From Octopus sinensis (Eukaryota): a stretch of 64,000 nucleotides of DNA. A model generated the notes under the pieces. It saw nothing but the letters and a program-made list of their open reading frames with translations. It did not search any database and was not told where the DNA came from. The stretch spans positions 32,054,001-32,118,000 of the forward strand of contig NC_042997.1 in the NCBI RefSeq assembly GCF_006345805.1. The letters are read 5' to 3'. Position numbers and translations under genes: made by a program. How positions within the stretch are numbered: position 1 is the first letter of the stretch; every line of letters starts with the position of its first letter. Below are positions 37,520 to 51,785 of the stretch, one piece after another.

Positions 37520-37550
<31 letters not shown>

Positions 37551-37952
37551 CTGGGATAACTCTGACATGAAACCTGCGGCTCAGTGGTTACCGATGATGT
37601 TGACTTGTTCTTCTTTTCGGATTATGGCTGCTGTTGCTTAGTGAGTGGGATTGACTCAGTGCACAGCCTTTCCTCACTTTACAAAAAATCTTCTTGCACA
37701 GGCATTGCACGATAGCAACATTGTTCATGATTGTTGATGGTGCTGCGAGACTCAACTGAATGGCTGGCTGTAGCCTTAAAAAGCAAATAAAAGTCACATT
37801 CGATCATTGCACCGATAACAGATAAGCTTCGTGCAATGGCCATACTCGATAACGAGGGGGCAGCCATCATATACGATTCATAAGTATTTGCATGTCATCT
37901 ACTGTATGAGTGACTATGTCACTGTTATCTGCATAAAGGAGGTCATGAATAA

Positions 37953-38965
37953 GTGATGAATACTTTTGAATTGGCAGCAAATCAGTGCAGATTAAAGACT
38001 ATGAATTGTATTTCTTCTTCTTGCAAGGCATTTGGACTTAGCATTAACCTGGACAAGATGGTTGTAATGTTCCAGTCTGCACCAGAAAATCCATATGAGG
38101 AGCCAGCTATTTTGGTTGAAGGAACAATACTGAAAGTGGTAGACAAGTTTGTCTACCTGGGCAGCACACTCAGCCATTCTTGCTCCCTGGATGATGAAAT
38201 ATCTTTCAGGTTGCAGAGAGCAACTGATTCCTTCTGGTCTCTTGAGTCTCATGACTGGTCCCAGTATGGCATCATAAGGCAAACAAAAATTGCTGTGTAC
38301 CGTGCATGTGTATTGACATTCCTCCTTTAATCGTGTGAGACATGGCCCCTTCACAAATGTCATATAAATGTCCTTGAATGCTTCCATAAGAAATGTCTGA
38401 AACACATTCTGAATGTTGGCTGGACCTTAAAAACTCCAGACACACAGGTCTTGAAGAAAGCTGATATCTTGAGTATTGAGATGATTGTGTACAAGCACCA
38501 GTTATGTTGGACTGGACACCTTATTAGAATGAAGGATAGCAGGATCTCTAAACAGATGCTATATGGGAAACTTGTTAGTGGAAACAGACACCAGCAGAAA
38601 CCAAGGCTGCAATTTAAGAACTGTATCAAGTCCTCATTAAAGACCTATGATATGCAGGAGAATGACTGGGAGAGTAATGCTTGTCATCGCCACTTATGGA
38701 GGAGGCAGGTGAAGGAGGGGGTCAGCACCTTTGAAAGAGCACGTATTCTTCAGGAAGAATTTAAGCACACTGCTTGAAAGTACACTGCTGGTGTAATGAA
38801 TGGGGAAAGTTTGGTTTGCAATCTTTGCAGTCGTGTATGCTTGTCAAGAGCAGGGCTCATTAACCACCAACGGAGCCACAAATGCAAAATATAAGTTAGT
38901 CCTAGAGCGCACAATATTCCTAAAGGTCAGCAATGGTCTTCCTCGGTCATGAGTGGATGGCCATC
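37953..38965 (+). mobile_element. Degenerate RTE-clade LINE of a second family (RT C-terminus plus C2H2 finger)
   Basis: ORFs with VVDKFVYLGSTL, TKIAVYRACVL, WTGHLIRMxDSRISKQMLYG and terminal CNLCSRVCLSRAGLINHQRSH. Confidence 0.85.
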
Positions 38966-39636
38966 ATGTATCTATGGATGTGAATACCCGGCAAAGTTTA
39001 TTATGTTGCTGTGTAGTTTCTTTCCTAAAAGAACTTTGACTTCATAGCCTTCTTCATTTGTTTTAATACCATACTATGCTATAAAGAATTCTGCAAACAA
39101 TAAATGTTTTTAATTCATGTATAAGCATTAAAAAATATATTCCTGGTAGTTAAGAGCTTAGTTAATAACGTTAAAATCCAATACTTTCTTACATTGCAGT
39201 AAATCCTAGTGGGACAAACCTGCATGTAAATACATAGGCGTAGGAGTGGCTGTGTGGTAAGTAGCTTGCTTACGAACCACGTGGTTCCAGGTTCAGTCCC
39301 ACTGCGTGGCACCTTGGGCAAAGTGTCTTCTGCTATAGCCTTGGGCCGACCAAAGCCTTGTGAGTGGATTTGGTAGACAGAAACTAAAAGAAGCCTGTCA
39401 TATATATGTATATATATATATGTTTGTGTGTCTGTGTTTGTCCCCACAACATCGCTTGACAACCAATGCTGGAGTGTTTACATCCCTGTAACTTAGCAGT
39501 TCAGCAAAAGAGATCGATAGAATAAGTACTAGGCTTACAAAGATTAAGTCCTGGGGTTGATTTGCTCGACTAAAGGTGGTGCTCCAGCATGGCCACAGTC
39601 AAATGACTGAAACAAGTAAAATAGTAAAAAAGTTGG

Positions 39637-39865
39637 TTAACCCTTTAGCATTTAAACCGGCCATATCCGGCCTGAAGTATTCTGCCTGTTTTATGTTCAA
39701 ACTGACTAGATCTGGTCTCTCACACCAACCCTACAATATCGTTTTAAAAATTAACAGCTACCTCATCAAAATCTCATAGCTACAAGATAATGCATGATTC
39801 GTTCAAAACATTGTGGATAAAAAAGCATTCATTTTGGCAGAATAATGCGAACACTAAAGGGTTAA
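39637..39865. mobile_element. TTAA-flanked MITE, second family
   Basis: TTAA-ccctttagc ... actaaaggg-TTAA. Related fragment at 22597-23130 is split by an RTE tail. Confidence 0.7.
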
Positions 39866-41636
39866 AATATTGTTTAGAGCAACATATTTGAAACAAAAAG
39901 CAGAAAAGCCTGCATTTCACATATCATTTAAAATGTAATAATGTTCAACAGTCATTTCATTAGCAATAAACACAATTATTTATCTAATTGGAATTAGAAA
40001 TTGGTCAGGAGAGGAGACCATGACCTAGATGTAGTTCATGTTGAGCATAAAGCTCTGGAGATTGGGATCTAGATGTTGAGCATTCTGGTGAAAAAGGACT
40101 GGATGAAGTGTTTAGCAGAAGGTTTCAAACACTGACTGTAACAGAATGAGATGTAGTTAGCTTGTTTGATTAGAGGCCATTGCAGTTGCTATTAAAAGGA
40201 GTAGAGATAAGAAGCAATTTGCCTGAAATGGGTTGGCAAGTAAACCACTACCGATGTGTGCTTCAAAGACTTCTTTTGTATAAGAGTATGATTCTATGAT
40301 GTTTGTATGTCTTTAAGTAACACTACCAAAATGTGTATCATACATATGTTGTGTAGAGAGTCAGCAGCTGATTAAGACTGATGTATTTTCTGTATCATCA
40401 TCATCATCATCGTTTAATGTCCGCTTTCCATGCTAGCATGCGTTAGATGGTTCAACTGGGGTCTGGGAAACCAGAAGGCTGCACCAGGCCCAGTCTAATC
40501 TGGCAGTGTTTCTACAGCTGGATGCCCTTCCTAACGCCAACCACTCCGTGAGTGTAGTGGGTGCCTTTTACGTGCCAGACGAGGCTGGCAAACGACCACG
40601 ATCGGATGGTGCTTTTTACGTGCCACCGGCCCGGAGACCAGATGATAAATATTCTAGTTTTTGGGGTGTAGTTGTTGTTGCTGTCATTTGAACTTTTCCC
40701 CTTTAGTTCATCAAGAGTTTATGATCAAAGTCAACGTCCAGTCTTTTATTCAGACAATGCATTATCATTTTCAGTTATGATAAAAACAATTCTACTTTCA
40801 CTACCAACCCGGCTGAAACCACTTCTGGCTCTGAGTACAAATGTCTTGTTTTCATAAGTTTTGTATTAAAATCTTCCACCAAACATTAGTCACAATTTAT
40901 GTTCCTAACACTAGCTGAATGATAACTTAGTTATTTTACTAAATTCTTTGTTATATTTAAAGTAATTGAAAATAAATACAGTAACAAAAGGGTTAATCTG
41001 ATGGGTTACTCTATACTTTTGTAGAGTACAAATTATTGTTCTTAAACAAGAATGCTTTTGACCGTAACTTCAAAGTTTTGACTAGTTAATCCATTGTTGG
41101 ACTGCAATGCTTTGAAATTACTCTTGGTTTTATATATATCTTTTTGTATATCTGTGTATGTAGGTTTGTGTAGTTATATTAGAATATCTTTTATTTGGGG
41201 TTTTGTTTAGAGATAGAGAAACTTTTAGATAATTTCTTGAGTACTAGTTGAATGTAAAGCTGTAAAACTTTTTCTATGCTAACATCATGAAACTGGACTT
41301 TGTACCTTTGGGTTTTTTTACATTGTTAAAGCAAAGGATAAAATTCAATAAAATTAAAAACAGCAAAAATACTGTCACATCCTGTGAAACACACTTATAC
41401 ACTTGTTTACAATGTTCTACATACATGAATAAATTCTAAACAATAACCCAATATTTAATTGAGAAAAATTTCTCCAAAACAGCTCATCATAATAACGAAC
41501 CTAAAAACCTAATTACCACCACTCCACTCAAACTCACACACTCGAGGAAGACTGAATAAAGTCAAGAGTAACTTCAATGGATTGCAGTCCAAGGATGGGT
41601 TAACTGGCCAAACCTCAAAGTTGCTGTCATATACAC

Positions 41637-41695
41637 ATGTATGTATGTATGTATGTATGTATGCATGCATGCATGTATGTATGTATGTATGTATG

Positions 41696-41729
<34 letters not shown>

Positions 41730-41795
41730 TGTATGTATGTATGTATGTATGTATGTATATATGTATGTATGCATGTATGTATATATGTACATATT

Positions 41796-41829
<34 letters not shown>

Positions 41830-41845
41830 CGTATGTGTGTGTGTA

Positions 41846-41881
<36 letters not shown>

Positions 41882-41882
41882 C

Positions 41883-41915
<33 letters not shown>

Positions 41916-42412
41916 TGTATGTATGTGTGTATGTATGTATGTATGTATGTATGTATGCATGCATGCATGCATGCATGCATGTATGTATGTATGTATGTAT
42001 GTATGTATGTATGTATGTATGTATGTATGTATGTATGTATGTGTATGTATGTATGTATGTATGTATGTATGTATGTATGTATGTATGTATGTATGCATGC
42101 ATGCATGCATGTATGTATGTATGTATGTATGTATGTATGCATGTATGTATGTATGTATGTATGCATGTATGTATGTATGTGTGTATGTATGTATGTATGT
42201 ATGTATGTATGCATGTATGTATGTGTATGTATGTATGTATGTATGTATGTATGTATGTATGCATGCATGTATGTATGTATGCATGTATGTATGTATGTAT
42301 GTGATGTATGTATGTATGTATGTATGCATGTATGCATGTATGTATGTATGTATGTATGTATGTATGTATGTATGTATGTATGTATGTATGCATGCATGCA
42401 TGTATGTATGTA

Positions 42413-42443
<31 letters not shown>

Positions 42444-43085
42444 ATGTATGTATGTATGTATGTATGTATGTATGTATGTATGTATGCATGTATGTATGTA
42501 TGTATGTGTGTATGTATGTATGTATGTATGTGTGTATGTATGTATGTATGTATGTGATGTATGTATGTATGCATGTATGTATGTATGTATGTATGTATGT
42601 ATGTATGTATGCATGCATGTATGCATGCATGCATGTATGTATGTATGTATGTATGCATGTATGCATGTATGTATGTATCTATGCATGTATGTATGTATGC
42701 ATGCATGCATGTATGTATGTATGCATGTATGTATGTATGTATGTATGTATGTATATATGTATGTATGTATGTATGCATGTATGTATGTATGTATGTATGT
42801 ATGTATGTATGTGTATGTATGTATGTATGTATGTATGTATGTATGTATGCATGTATGTATGTATGTATGTGTGTATGTATGTATGTATGTGTGTATGTAT
42901 GTATGTATGTATGTATGTATGTATGTATGTATGTATGTATGTATGCATGCATGTATGCATGCATGCATGTATGTATGTATGTATGTATGTATGCATGTAT
43001 GCATGTATGTATGTATCTATGCATGTATGTATGTATGCATGCATGCATGTATGTATGTATGCATGTATGTATGTATGTATGTATG

Positions 43086-43119
<34 letters not shown>

Positions 43120-43223
43120 TGTATGTATGCATGTATGTATGTATGTATGTATGTATGTATGTATGTATGTATGCATGTATGTATGTATGTATGTATGTAT
43201 GTATGTACGTATGTGTGTGTGTA

Positions 43224-43260
<37 letters not shown>

Positions 43261-43323
43261 ATGTATATATGTATGTATGTATGCATGTATGTATGTATGT
43301 ATGTATGTATGTATGTATGTATG

Positions 43324-43355
<32 letters not shown>

Positions 43356-43405
43356 TGCATGTATGTATGTATGTATGTATGTATGTATGTATGCATGTAT
43401 GTATG

Positions 43406-43439
<34 letters not shown>

Positions 43440-43445
43440 TGTATG

Positions 43446-43479
<34 letters not shown>

Positions 43480-43521
43480 TGTATGTATGTATGCATGTAT
43501 GTATGTATGTATGTATGTATG

Positions 43522-43553
<32 letters not shown>

Positions 43554-43652
43554 CATGTATGTATGTATGTATGTATGTATGTATGTATGTATGTATGCAT
43601 GCATGTATGTATGTATGTATGTATGTATGTATGTATGTACGTATGTGTGTGT

Positions 43653-43691
<39 letters not shown>

Positions 43692-43761
43692 CATGTATGC
43701 ATGCATGTATGCATGCATGTATGTATGTATGTATGTATGTATGTATGTATGTATGTCTATG
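41637..43761. repeat. 2.1-kb (TATG)n microsatellite with higher-order structure
   Basis: Direct reading; variant landmark motifs recur. Confidence 0.97.
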
Positions 43762-43875
43762 TCATCATTCAGTTTTATTTCAAGATTTCTTGCCAATAGA
43801 GAAAGAGCAATTTCTAACCTAGATCCAAGATTCCTTCTTTGGAATTTCAACATCAACAACAAGGTATTTTTGTTT

Positions 43876-44905
43876 GTATGTATGTATATGTGCAGATTTA
43901 TATGTTTTGTTTTATGTATGTATTCTCATGCATATAGTTGCATATCTAGACATGCTCATGTATATTTAAATGATAAACTTCTGGAAAGTTTTACAGATTT
44001 TTACAGGTCCAGTGATGGATTGGATCTGTAGGCTTTAAATTAGCTTTCTCCTTTCAGGTTTTGAGAAACCTAATTTCTCAGGATTGGTATTTAGGCAGTG
44101 TGTTACATATCCCAGTGCCCCAATAATTGCAGGTATAAACCTGAACTTGTAATCTGGATAGAGTAACTGCAGATTCCTCAAGAGTTCAGCGTAGGTGTTC
44201 TCTTTTTCACTGATCATCAGCTTCGTGTTAACATCTGCTGGGCAGCTAATTTCCACAACTGTGCAGTTTCTCTTCTCTGTTTCAAAACATTATATTGGGT
44301 CTTACCAGTACTCCTTTTTATTATGAGTGGCTATGGCTTCTACTATACTGTGGGCTCTTATTTCTTTGTCCTCGAGGTTATCCTTCCAACAGATTTCTAG
44401 AGTGTCCTAGTTACAGCATCATGTCTCATTAGTAGATGATATTTTCAGACAACTGATTATGATGTGAGTGATATCTTCAGTGTTAACTCCACAAAGTCTG
44501 CATTGGTTGTCATATTTTACTGCTTTTCTTGCATCTCCATTCCTTCTGTGCATCAGGTATTTGCTTGATATTTCTTGTTCCTGACTTGCAAATACATACC
44601 CTTCAAAGTGGGAGGTAGTAATCTGGTTATTGGTCCGTGATAGACTGCTTTGGTGATCAATGTTACTATCATCTCGGAGCTTTCTACTAACATGTCCATG
44701 CATAGTCTTCTGCTCATATATGCTCATCCTTCATCTGATGATACATTGCTGTAGAGCCCTGTGACTTCATTGGGCATGTATTCAAGGTTATCGGACAAGA
44801 AATATTGCTCAAGGAACTGCCTTCCAAGTTTTATGATGTTATCAGCCTCATATATGCAAACTTGATCAAGGGATGCACTTTGACACTTGGTGGTTAAAAG
44901 ATGTA
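43876..44905 (-). mobile_element. R4/Dong-like non-LTR remnant with restriction-like endonuclease; 3'-end copies at 37300-37465 and 45330-45425
   Basis: CCHC knuckle CRLCGVNTEDITHIIISC and RLE segment EISCPADVN...EKENTY..L..L..LYP...IPAIIGALG. Confidence 0.8.
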
Positions 44906-44934
44906 TACATACATACATACATACATACATTATT

Positions 44935-45210
44935 ATTATTATGGCTGCCCCCTCGTTATCGAGTATGGCCATTGCACGAAGCTTAACTGTTACTGGTGCT
45001 GTGATCGATTGTGACTTTTTAGCCCAGCTAAAGATCTACAATGTCTTGTACAAAATTGGCAACTAAAACCTTTACTGGTAATAGCCGGCTGTAGTTGTAA
45101 CTGGGCTTCATGTACCTTTGCATGTCGTTTAAGTCCTCCTGCCGAATTACACTCTCTTCCACATGCCTGACAGATATGATTAGTATGGTGTGTTACACCA
45201 CCACCAGTGG
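44935..45210 (-). mobile_element. RTE 3' fragment with two C2H2 fingers and (AAT)n tail
   Basis: CQACGRECNSAGGLKRHAKVH...CQFCTRHCRSLAGLKSHNRSQH, followed by gcttcgtgcaatggccatactcgataacgagggggcagcc. Confidence 0.75.
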
Positions 45211-45424
45211 CCAGGTTGTCACTCATCTGTCTCGTTTTATACATATATACATACAATTTTCCTAAAGGTTAGCTATGGTCTTCCTTGGTCACGAGTGGAC
45301 AGCCATCATCATGTATGTATGTATGTATGTGTATGTGCAGATTTGTATTTTTTGTTTTATATATGTATTTTCATTCATATAGTTGCATGTCTAGGCATGC
45401 CCATATATATGATAAACTTCAGAA

Positions 45425-45463
<39 letters not shown>

Positions 45464-45835
45464 TGTGTGGTGTGTGCGTGCGTGTGTGTGTGTGTGCATA
45501 TCTGTGTCACTGTCTCCTTGCCTTGACATCATGTGATAGCTGTAAACAAATGTCGTTTCCAATATTCTGTAAAAACATGCCTGGGTTCAGGGCATTACAT
45601 TACCTGGAAAGAGATGAGGGTTTGTTGACAGGAAGGGCATCCAGCTGTAAAATATCTGCGTCAACAAATTCTGTCCAACCTATGCAAGCATTGAAAAGTG
45701 GACGTTAAAACAATGTTGATGATGATGTGTATACATGAATGGATGGATGGATGAATTGCTCAGTTGATCAATCAATTGGTCAACAGACAGAAGGATAGAT
45801 TGATCAATAGATAGAGAGAGAGAGAGAGAGAGAGA

Positions 45836-46330
45836 TAGGTAGGTAGGTAGGGAGGTAGTCAAGTAGGTAGGTAGGTAGGCAGGTAGGTAGGGAGGGAGGG
45901 AGGTAGGTAGGTAGGTAGGTAGGTAGGTAGGTAGGTAGGTAGGTAAGTAGGTAGGTAGGTAGGCAGGTAGGTAGGTAGGTAGGTAGGTAGGTAGGTAGGT
46001 AGGTAGGTAGGCAGGTAGGTAGGTAGGGAGGTAGTCAGGTAGGTAGGTAGGTAGGTAGGTAGGTAGGTAGGTAGGTAGGTAGGTAGGTAGGTAGGTAGGT
46101 AGGTAGGTAAGTAGGTAGGTAGGTAGGTAGGTAGGTAGGCAGGTAGGTAGGCAAGTATGTAGGTAGGCAGGGTGTAGGTAAGTATGTAGGTAGGCAGGTA
46201 GGCAAGTAGGTAGGTAGGTAGGTAGGTAGGTAGGTAGGTAAGTAGGTAGGTAGGCAGGTAGGTAGGTAGGCAGGTATGTAGGTAGGCAAGTAGGTAGGTA
46301 GGTAGGTAGGTAGGTAGGTAGGTAGGTAGG
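45836..46330. repeat. (GGTA)n microsatellite
   Basis: Direct reading. Confidence 0.95.
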
Positions 46331-46783
46331 CAATGGAGTGGTTGGCATTAGGAAGGGCATCCAGCTGTAGAAACTCTGCCAGATCAGATTGGAGTCTAGT
46401 GCAGCCATCTGGTTCGCCAGACCTCAGTTAAATCATCCAACCCATGCTAGCATGGAAAGTGGACATTAAACGATGATGATGATGATGATGACATTAATAA
46501 ATGAGTTGTATGTGTTATTTTACATATCAATAGAGTAATGGCAATTATATAATACACAAGGCTTTGGTTGGCACGGAACTGTAATGAAAGAGAATTGCCC
46601 AATGTGCCACACAGTGGGACTGAACCCAAGGTGACATGGCTGGAAAGCAAGCTTATCAACCACACAGCCACACCCATAAAGGAGAGACACATTTTGGATA
46701 ATATACTCTTTGATACAATATGCTTAACAAAAAGATGGGATGTTTACAGCGAGAAGACCTTTGATTTTAATATTTACACCATG

Positions 46784-47262
46784 CAGAGTGTTCCAGAATT
46801 AAGTATCTGTTTCAATGAAATTGGGCAAAGTTTAAAAAACTGACAGAATTTTATGTTTGTTTCGAAAACAAATAGATTTATAAATCATACATCAAACTTT
46901 TATTGAATACTTTCAACTTGTCTGTATCTCTGCATACTTCAAATCTCTCCTTAGAGCTGTGAAACACATCTTGAAGCATTTCAGGAGTTAGCTCCTGCAC
47001 TGCTAACTGAATGTATTCTTTAAGCTCAGCTAAATGATTGCTTCATCTTGGGGATGGAGGTAAGGAAAATAATTGCTGCCAAAATGAAAAAAATGTTGTC
47101 ATGGACAAACAGGAGAGATCCAACAGGAATGAAAATAAAATTATAAACAAAATTCAAAAATTATACACTTTTAACCTCAAATATGATAACGTAAATAAAA
47201 GTGAGTTTTAAAAAAAATGCATCCGATTTCATTCAAATCGTCATTAATTCTGGGACACCCTG
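46784..47262 (-). mobile_element. Internally deleted Tc1/mariner transposon
   Basis: Imperfect TIRs cagagtgttccagaattaa / ttaattctgggacaccctg. Minus-strand remnant LAELKEYIQLAVQELTPEMLQDVFHSSKERFEVCRDT resembles a transposase C-terminus. Confidence 0.75.
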
Positions 47263-50120
47263 TATTTACTCATCCAACTAAACAGGGGAGGGAACACAGG
47301 GGGAGACTAATTGGAGGTGGCGAGCATAGCTTCTGGAAGTGGTCACATGATCAAACTCAAATGGCTGTGAGTCACAACAGCAGTTTGTGTTTTTTAATAA
47401 TAATAATAATGAAATTATTGTATACAGTGCTCAGGTGCACCACAACTTGTCAGAGTATATGCAGTAATGTACAAACGTCTGGAAAGCGAACAATGTATGA
47501 GTCAGATACATGCTTGTGTGTGTATGGAGGGGAGAAAATCAGGTGTAGTGTTGGCGAATCTCAGGAAGCATGGAAGTTTTGAAGGATGCAGTGCTCCGAC
47601 AACTAACAACTGATGCCGGTAGTTTGTTCCATGCTTCAGCAACTCTCAGCGTGAAAAAATGTTTCCTGAAGTCATGGGAGCTGTGCTGTTTTCTGACTTT
47701 GTAAATATGTCCACGGGTGTTAGACGGGTGAAGTTTGAAAAGGTGCTCAGAGTTATTGTTTGTAAGATGGTCGATAATTTTATGGGCGTCTGCCAAGTCA
47801 GCTGCCAGACGTCGGAGTTTCAATATATCCATGCCCAGGGAAGTAAGGCGTTCAGGATATGGCAAATGCCTGATGGAGGGTATTCTTTTATTTTGCATTA
47901 TATAGTTCAGACATGGATGACATACAAAGTAGCCATGCTGCCAAGCCATGCAGCATTGCACAGGATTAGAAATGTAACATCGACAGGGCACTTCTGGAAA
48001 ATGGATGAATGTGTTTGTTATGTCTTTACCCAACCCAGCTGCACACACGCGCACATGGCTCAGAGGTATGCAGGATGGTAACATGAAGCATCAACAGGGC
48101 ACTGACAAAAATTTTGAAGTTCTTCTCATTTCTTGTGCCAAATTGGACGGAAAGGTTTTCATGAAATATTATACACTACTTATAATGCATAAGTAGTGTC
48201 AATATTTTATCATCAGAAGGCAGTGAGCTGGCAGAAACATTAGCACACAGGGCGAAATGCTTAGCAGTATTTCGTCTGTCTTTATGTTCCGAGTTCAAAT
48301 TTTGCTGAGGTCGATTTTGCCTTTCAGCATTTTGGGGTCGATAAATTAAGTACCAGTTGCAAACTGGGGTTGATGTAAATTGACTGCCCCCCCCCTCCCC
48401 AAAAATTTCGGGTCTTGTACCTAGAGTAGAATATTTCATCGTTGGAAAATAGCCTAGAACAAAGATAAAACCCAGTGCAAATCAGATTAATCTGCACTCC
48501 CTTTTTCTGTCCAAGTAGGTTAGTCCAGTTACACTTGGGTCAACTGAAAGAACAGCTATCCTTTCAGAGTATTTATTCAAGAGTTCTTCACATATTCCGG
48601 CAGTCTTTCCCAATTTTCTTTTTACTGTTCAAGTGGTTTTATCTGAGTAATGATACAATGCAGCACTTAACTGTTTGGACAGACATTATACTTCTGACTT
48701 CCTTTTTTCATCTAACCTAAATTTTGTTCAGTTCACTATTGATGCAGAAGATACCAGTTATGGTCAATATTTTCCTAGCTTTATTCTACTGGGATTGAAT
48801 TTGCCTTTCATCCTTTCAGGGTTGATAAAATAAATACCAGTTGAATTCTGGGGTCGATGTAATCAACTTATTCCCACCCAAAAATTACTGACTTTGTGTC
48901 AAAACTTCTACCATTGATATCCAAGCTGTGGATCTCTTCAAGTGTCTGGTGTAGTATCCCAAATGCTGGAACTAACATTGGTATTTCAAAAGGGGGTATG
49001 AACTGCTCGGATTTCCATACCTTCCAAAATCTTCTGCAGCACTTCTTCTTCACTCTAGATTTTACTCACTTTATCAATGCATGTTACACTCTCATCAATA
49101 CCCAAATATTTTTAGATAGGAGAGACAGACAAACCAATGATATTTTTATTCTTGTTAGTTCAACAATCTTTCCGCAATTGTCTACTAGCTGTGAACAAAA
49201 ATCCTGGTCAAACTCAATTCTTATCTTGTAACCAACTCTGTCTTTTGGTGTTATGAATATATTCCAAATACAGCTTCTAGGAACAAAATAGCTATGGGTG
49301 TTATAAATTTTTTTTTGTATGTGCTTCATTAATTAATTTGTTTGCAGTTTAAGTTCTTTGCAGAATTGAAAATGTCACAATGACCAGTTTTTTCTTTTTT
49401 ATTTAAAAATGTTTTAGCCAAGATAATTCCAGGGATGTGTGAGCAGATGAGTTAATGTGAAATTTTTCATTCAAAAGACCAAGCAAACTTGGAGAAGAGT
49501 GCTAAGAAGATTTACAAGTTTGGCACCAAAATTTGCTAGTTTTGGTAAAATTATGATAACATTTTTGGTATGGCCATAATTCTGAGAAATTTAGGGCCTG
49601 TAGGTTTTAACCATTGAAATCAATATACATGATAGCTCATTCATTTTAATTGGCACCTTCATTGACCAACATCCACCACAAATCTTAACTTCAAACTATA
49701 TCTAGCCTTTGCATCATATAAAAATTCATCAAACCTCACAACCTACTGGCAGTTCAGATACATTGACTTAGCAAGATAAGTTGTTCCCTTTGATTTGCAA
49801 GCAAGAACTCATTTCTTAACATTTTATCTCCATTTCCTCAGTGTTGACCTACAACACTTGTTTATCATTGGCTTTATAGAGTGATGTGTATCGTCATCAT
49901 ACCATCATCATTTTAATGTCTACTTTTCCATGCTTGCATGGGTTGGCTGGAATTTGTTGAAGTAGATGCTCTTCCTCTTGCCAACCCTCACAAGTGTCCA
50001 ATTAAGGTAATGTTTCCCCATGACCAGACATGTTTACATAGTAGATTGTGGGCAAAGGGTATCACTTACATAATGTTGACACTCATTTATAGCTATCACG
50101 TGATGTCAAGGCAGGGAGAC

Positions 50121-50227
<107 letters not shown>

Positions 50228-51315
50228 CACACACACATACATACACACACACATACACACACACACACACAACAGGCTTCTTTTAGTTTCTGTGCACCAA
50301 CTCCACCCACAAGGGTTTTAATAAAAGATACATACCTAAGATGCCATGCAGTGAGACTGAACCTGAAATTTTGACAAAAGGCTAGTAATTTCAGGGTGAA
50401 AATAATTACATTGACCCCAGTGTGCAACTGGTACTAATTATATCAACCCCGAAAGAATGAAAGGTAAAGTTGACCTCAGCAGAATAAAGCAAGGAAAATA
50501 TTAACCATCACTGCTATCTTCTACATCAACAGTAATACTAATGAAATCTTTGATTGGGAAACAAACTTCTCTTATTCATTATATTGGCCATAAAGGCCTT
50601 ACATAGAAGGGAAGCTATGGGCTGGACATAGACATAATGTTATGAAATGACAAATGTAAATGATGATAAATGAGGGCGACAAGCAATGCCCGCCGATTGC
50701 TGCTTCCCCGTAAGCAAACTTCTCACCACACAGCTACATCTGCATGAGTTGTACATTGATAAATATATATTCTGATGCACCAGTTATGTGCCACAGTTAG
50801 GTGCCAACTAAGCCATGCTATTATAGAAATGGAACATCTTTGAAACTTGTTACAAACACACAACATTTTTTATTATATTTTCCCTCAAGGGAGAAAATGC
50901 CAAAAAAAAAAAAAAGCCATATTTCAAAAGTGGACCCACATTAGGAGTTAGGTGCTAGATTACAAGAAGCTGGAACTAAATGAATAAAAGAGGAGCGAGA
51001 TTTAGCTCCAAGCATGCTAAATTTGCAACATTGATTCCATGGGTTCAAATTCCGTGGTGCTATTTCCATATGGTACTGCATAAGTTTTGCGGAACTGTAA
51101 GTGTTTTTTTTAATTCTTTCATTTGTTTCTGTCATTAGACTGTGGCCATACTGGAGTACTACCATGAAGAGTTTTAGTCAAACAAATCGACCCTAATACA
51201 TTTTTTTAAGCCTGGCACTTATTTATCTGTCTCTTTTGCTGTACTGCTAAGTTATAGGATGTAAGCACACTAACACTGGTTGTCAAACAGTTGTAGGGGC
51301 AAACAGATACAAACA

Positions 51316-51358
<43 letters not shown>

Positions 51359-51549
51359 CTATGTACCATGGGTTTCTTTCAGTTTCCATCTGCCAAATCC
51401 ACTCAGAAGGCTTTAATTAGCCTGAAGCCATTGTTCAGAAGACATTTGTTCAAGGAGCCATGCAATGAGATTGAACCCAGAACCATGCAGTCAGGAAGCA
51501 AGCTTCTTACCACACAGCTACACCTGCACCTAGATGGTATATAAAAAAA

Positions 51550-51785
51550 GGCAGCGAGCTGGCAGAAACGTTAGCATGCCAGGCGAAATGCGTAGCCGTA
51601 TTTCGTCTGCCATTACGTTCTGAGTTCAAATTCCGCCGAGGTCAACTTTGCCTTTCATCCTTTCGGGGTCAATTAAATAAGTACCAGTTATGCACTGGGG
51701 TCGATATAATCGACTTAATCCGTGTGTCTGTCCTTGTTTGTCCCCTCTGTGTTTAGCCCCTTGTGGGTAGTAAAGAAATAGGTAT
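51550..51785 (+). mobile_element. tRNA-derived SINE family 'ggcagcgagctggcagaaacg'; copies at 1855-2000, 3930-4385(-, two), 9210-9440(-), 48215-48430
   Basis: Repeated head with B-box-like gagttcaaatt and shared body gtcgactttgcctttcatcc...aagtaccag. Confidence 0.8.

Noticed and set aside
41530-41575. ctcgagga-agac tgaataaa gtc-aagag resembling a decayed hammerhead
   Set aside because: Both core words are disrupted; too degenerate to call.
41509-44031. Very long ORFs (up to 796 aa) of MYVC/HTYI repeats
   Set aside because: Translations of the (TATG)n microsatellite, which lacks stops in these frames. The same applies to the LPTY (45680) and YLSI (56648) ORFs.
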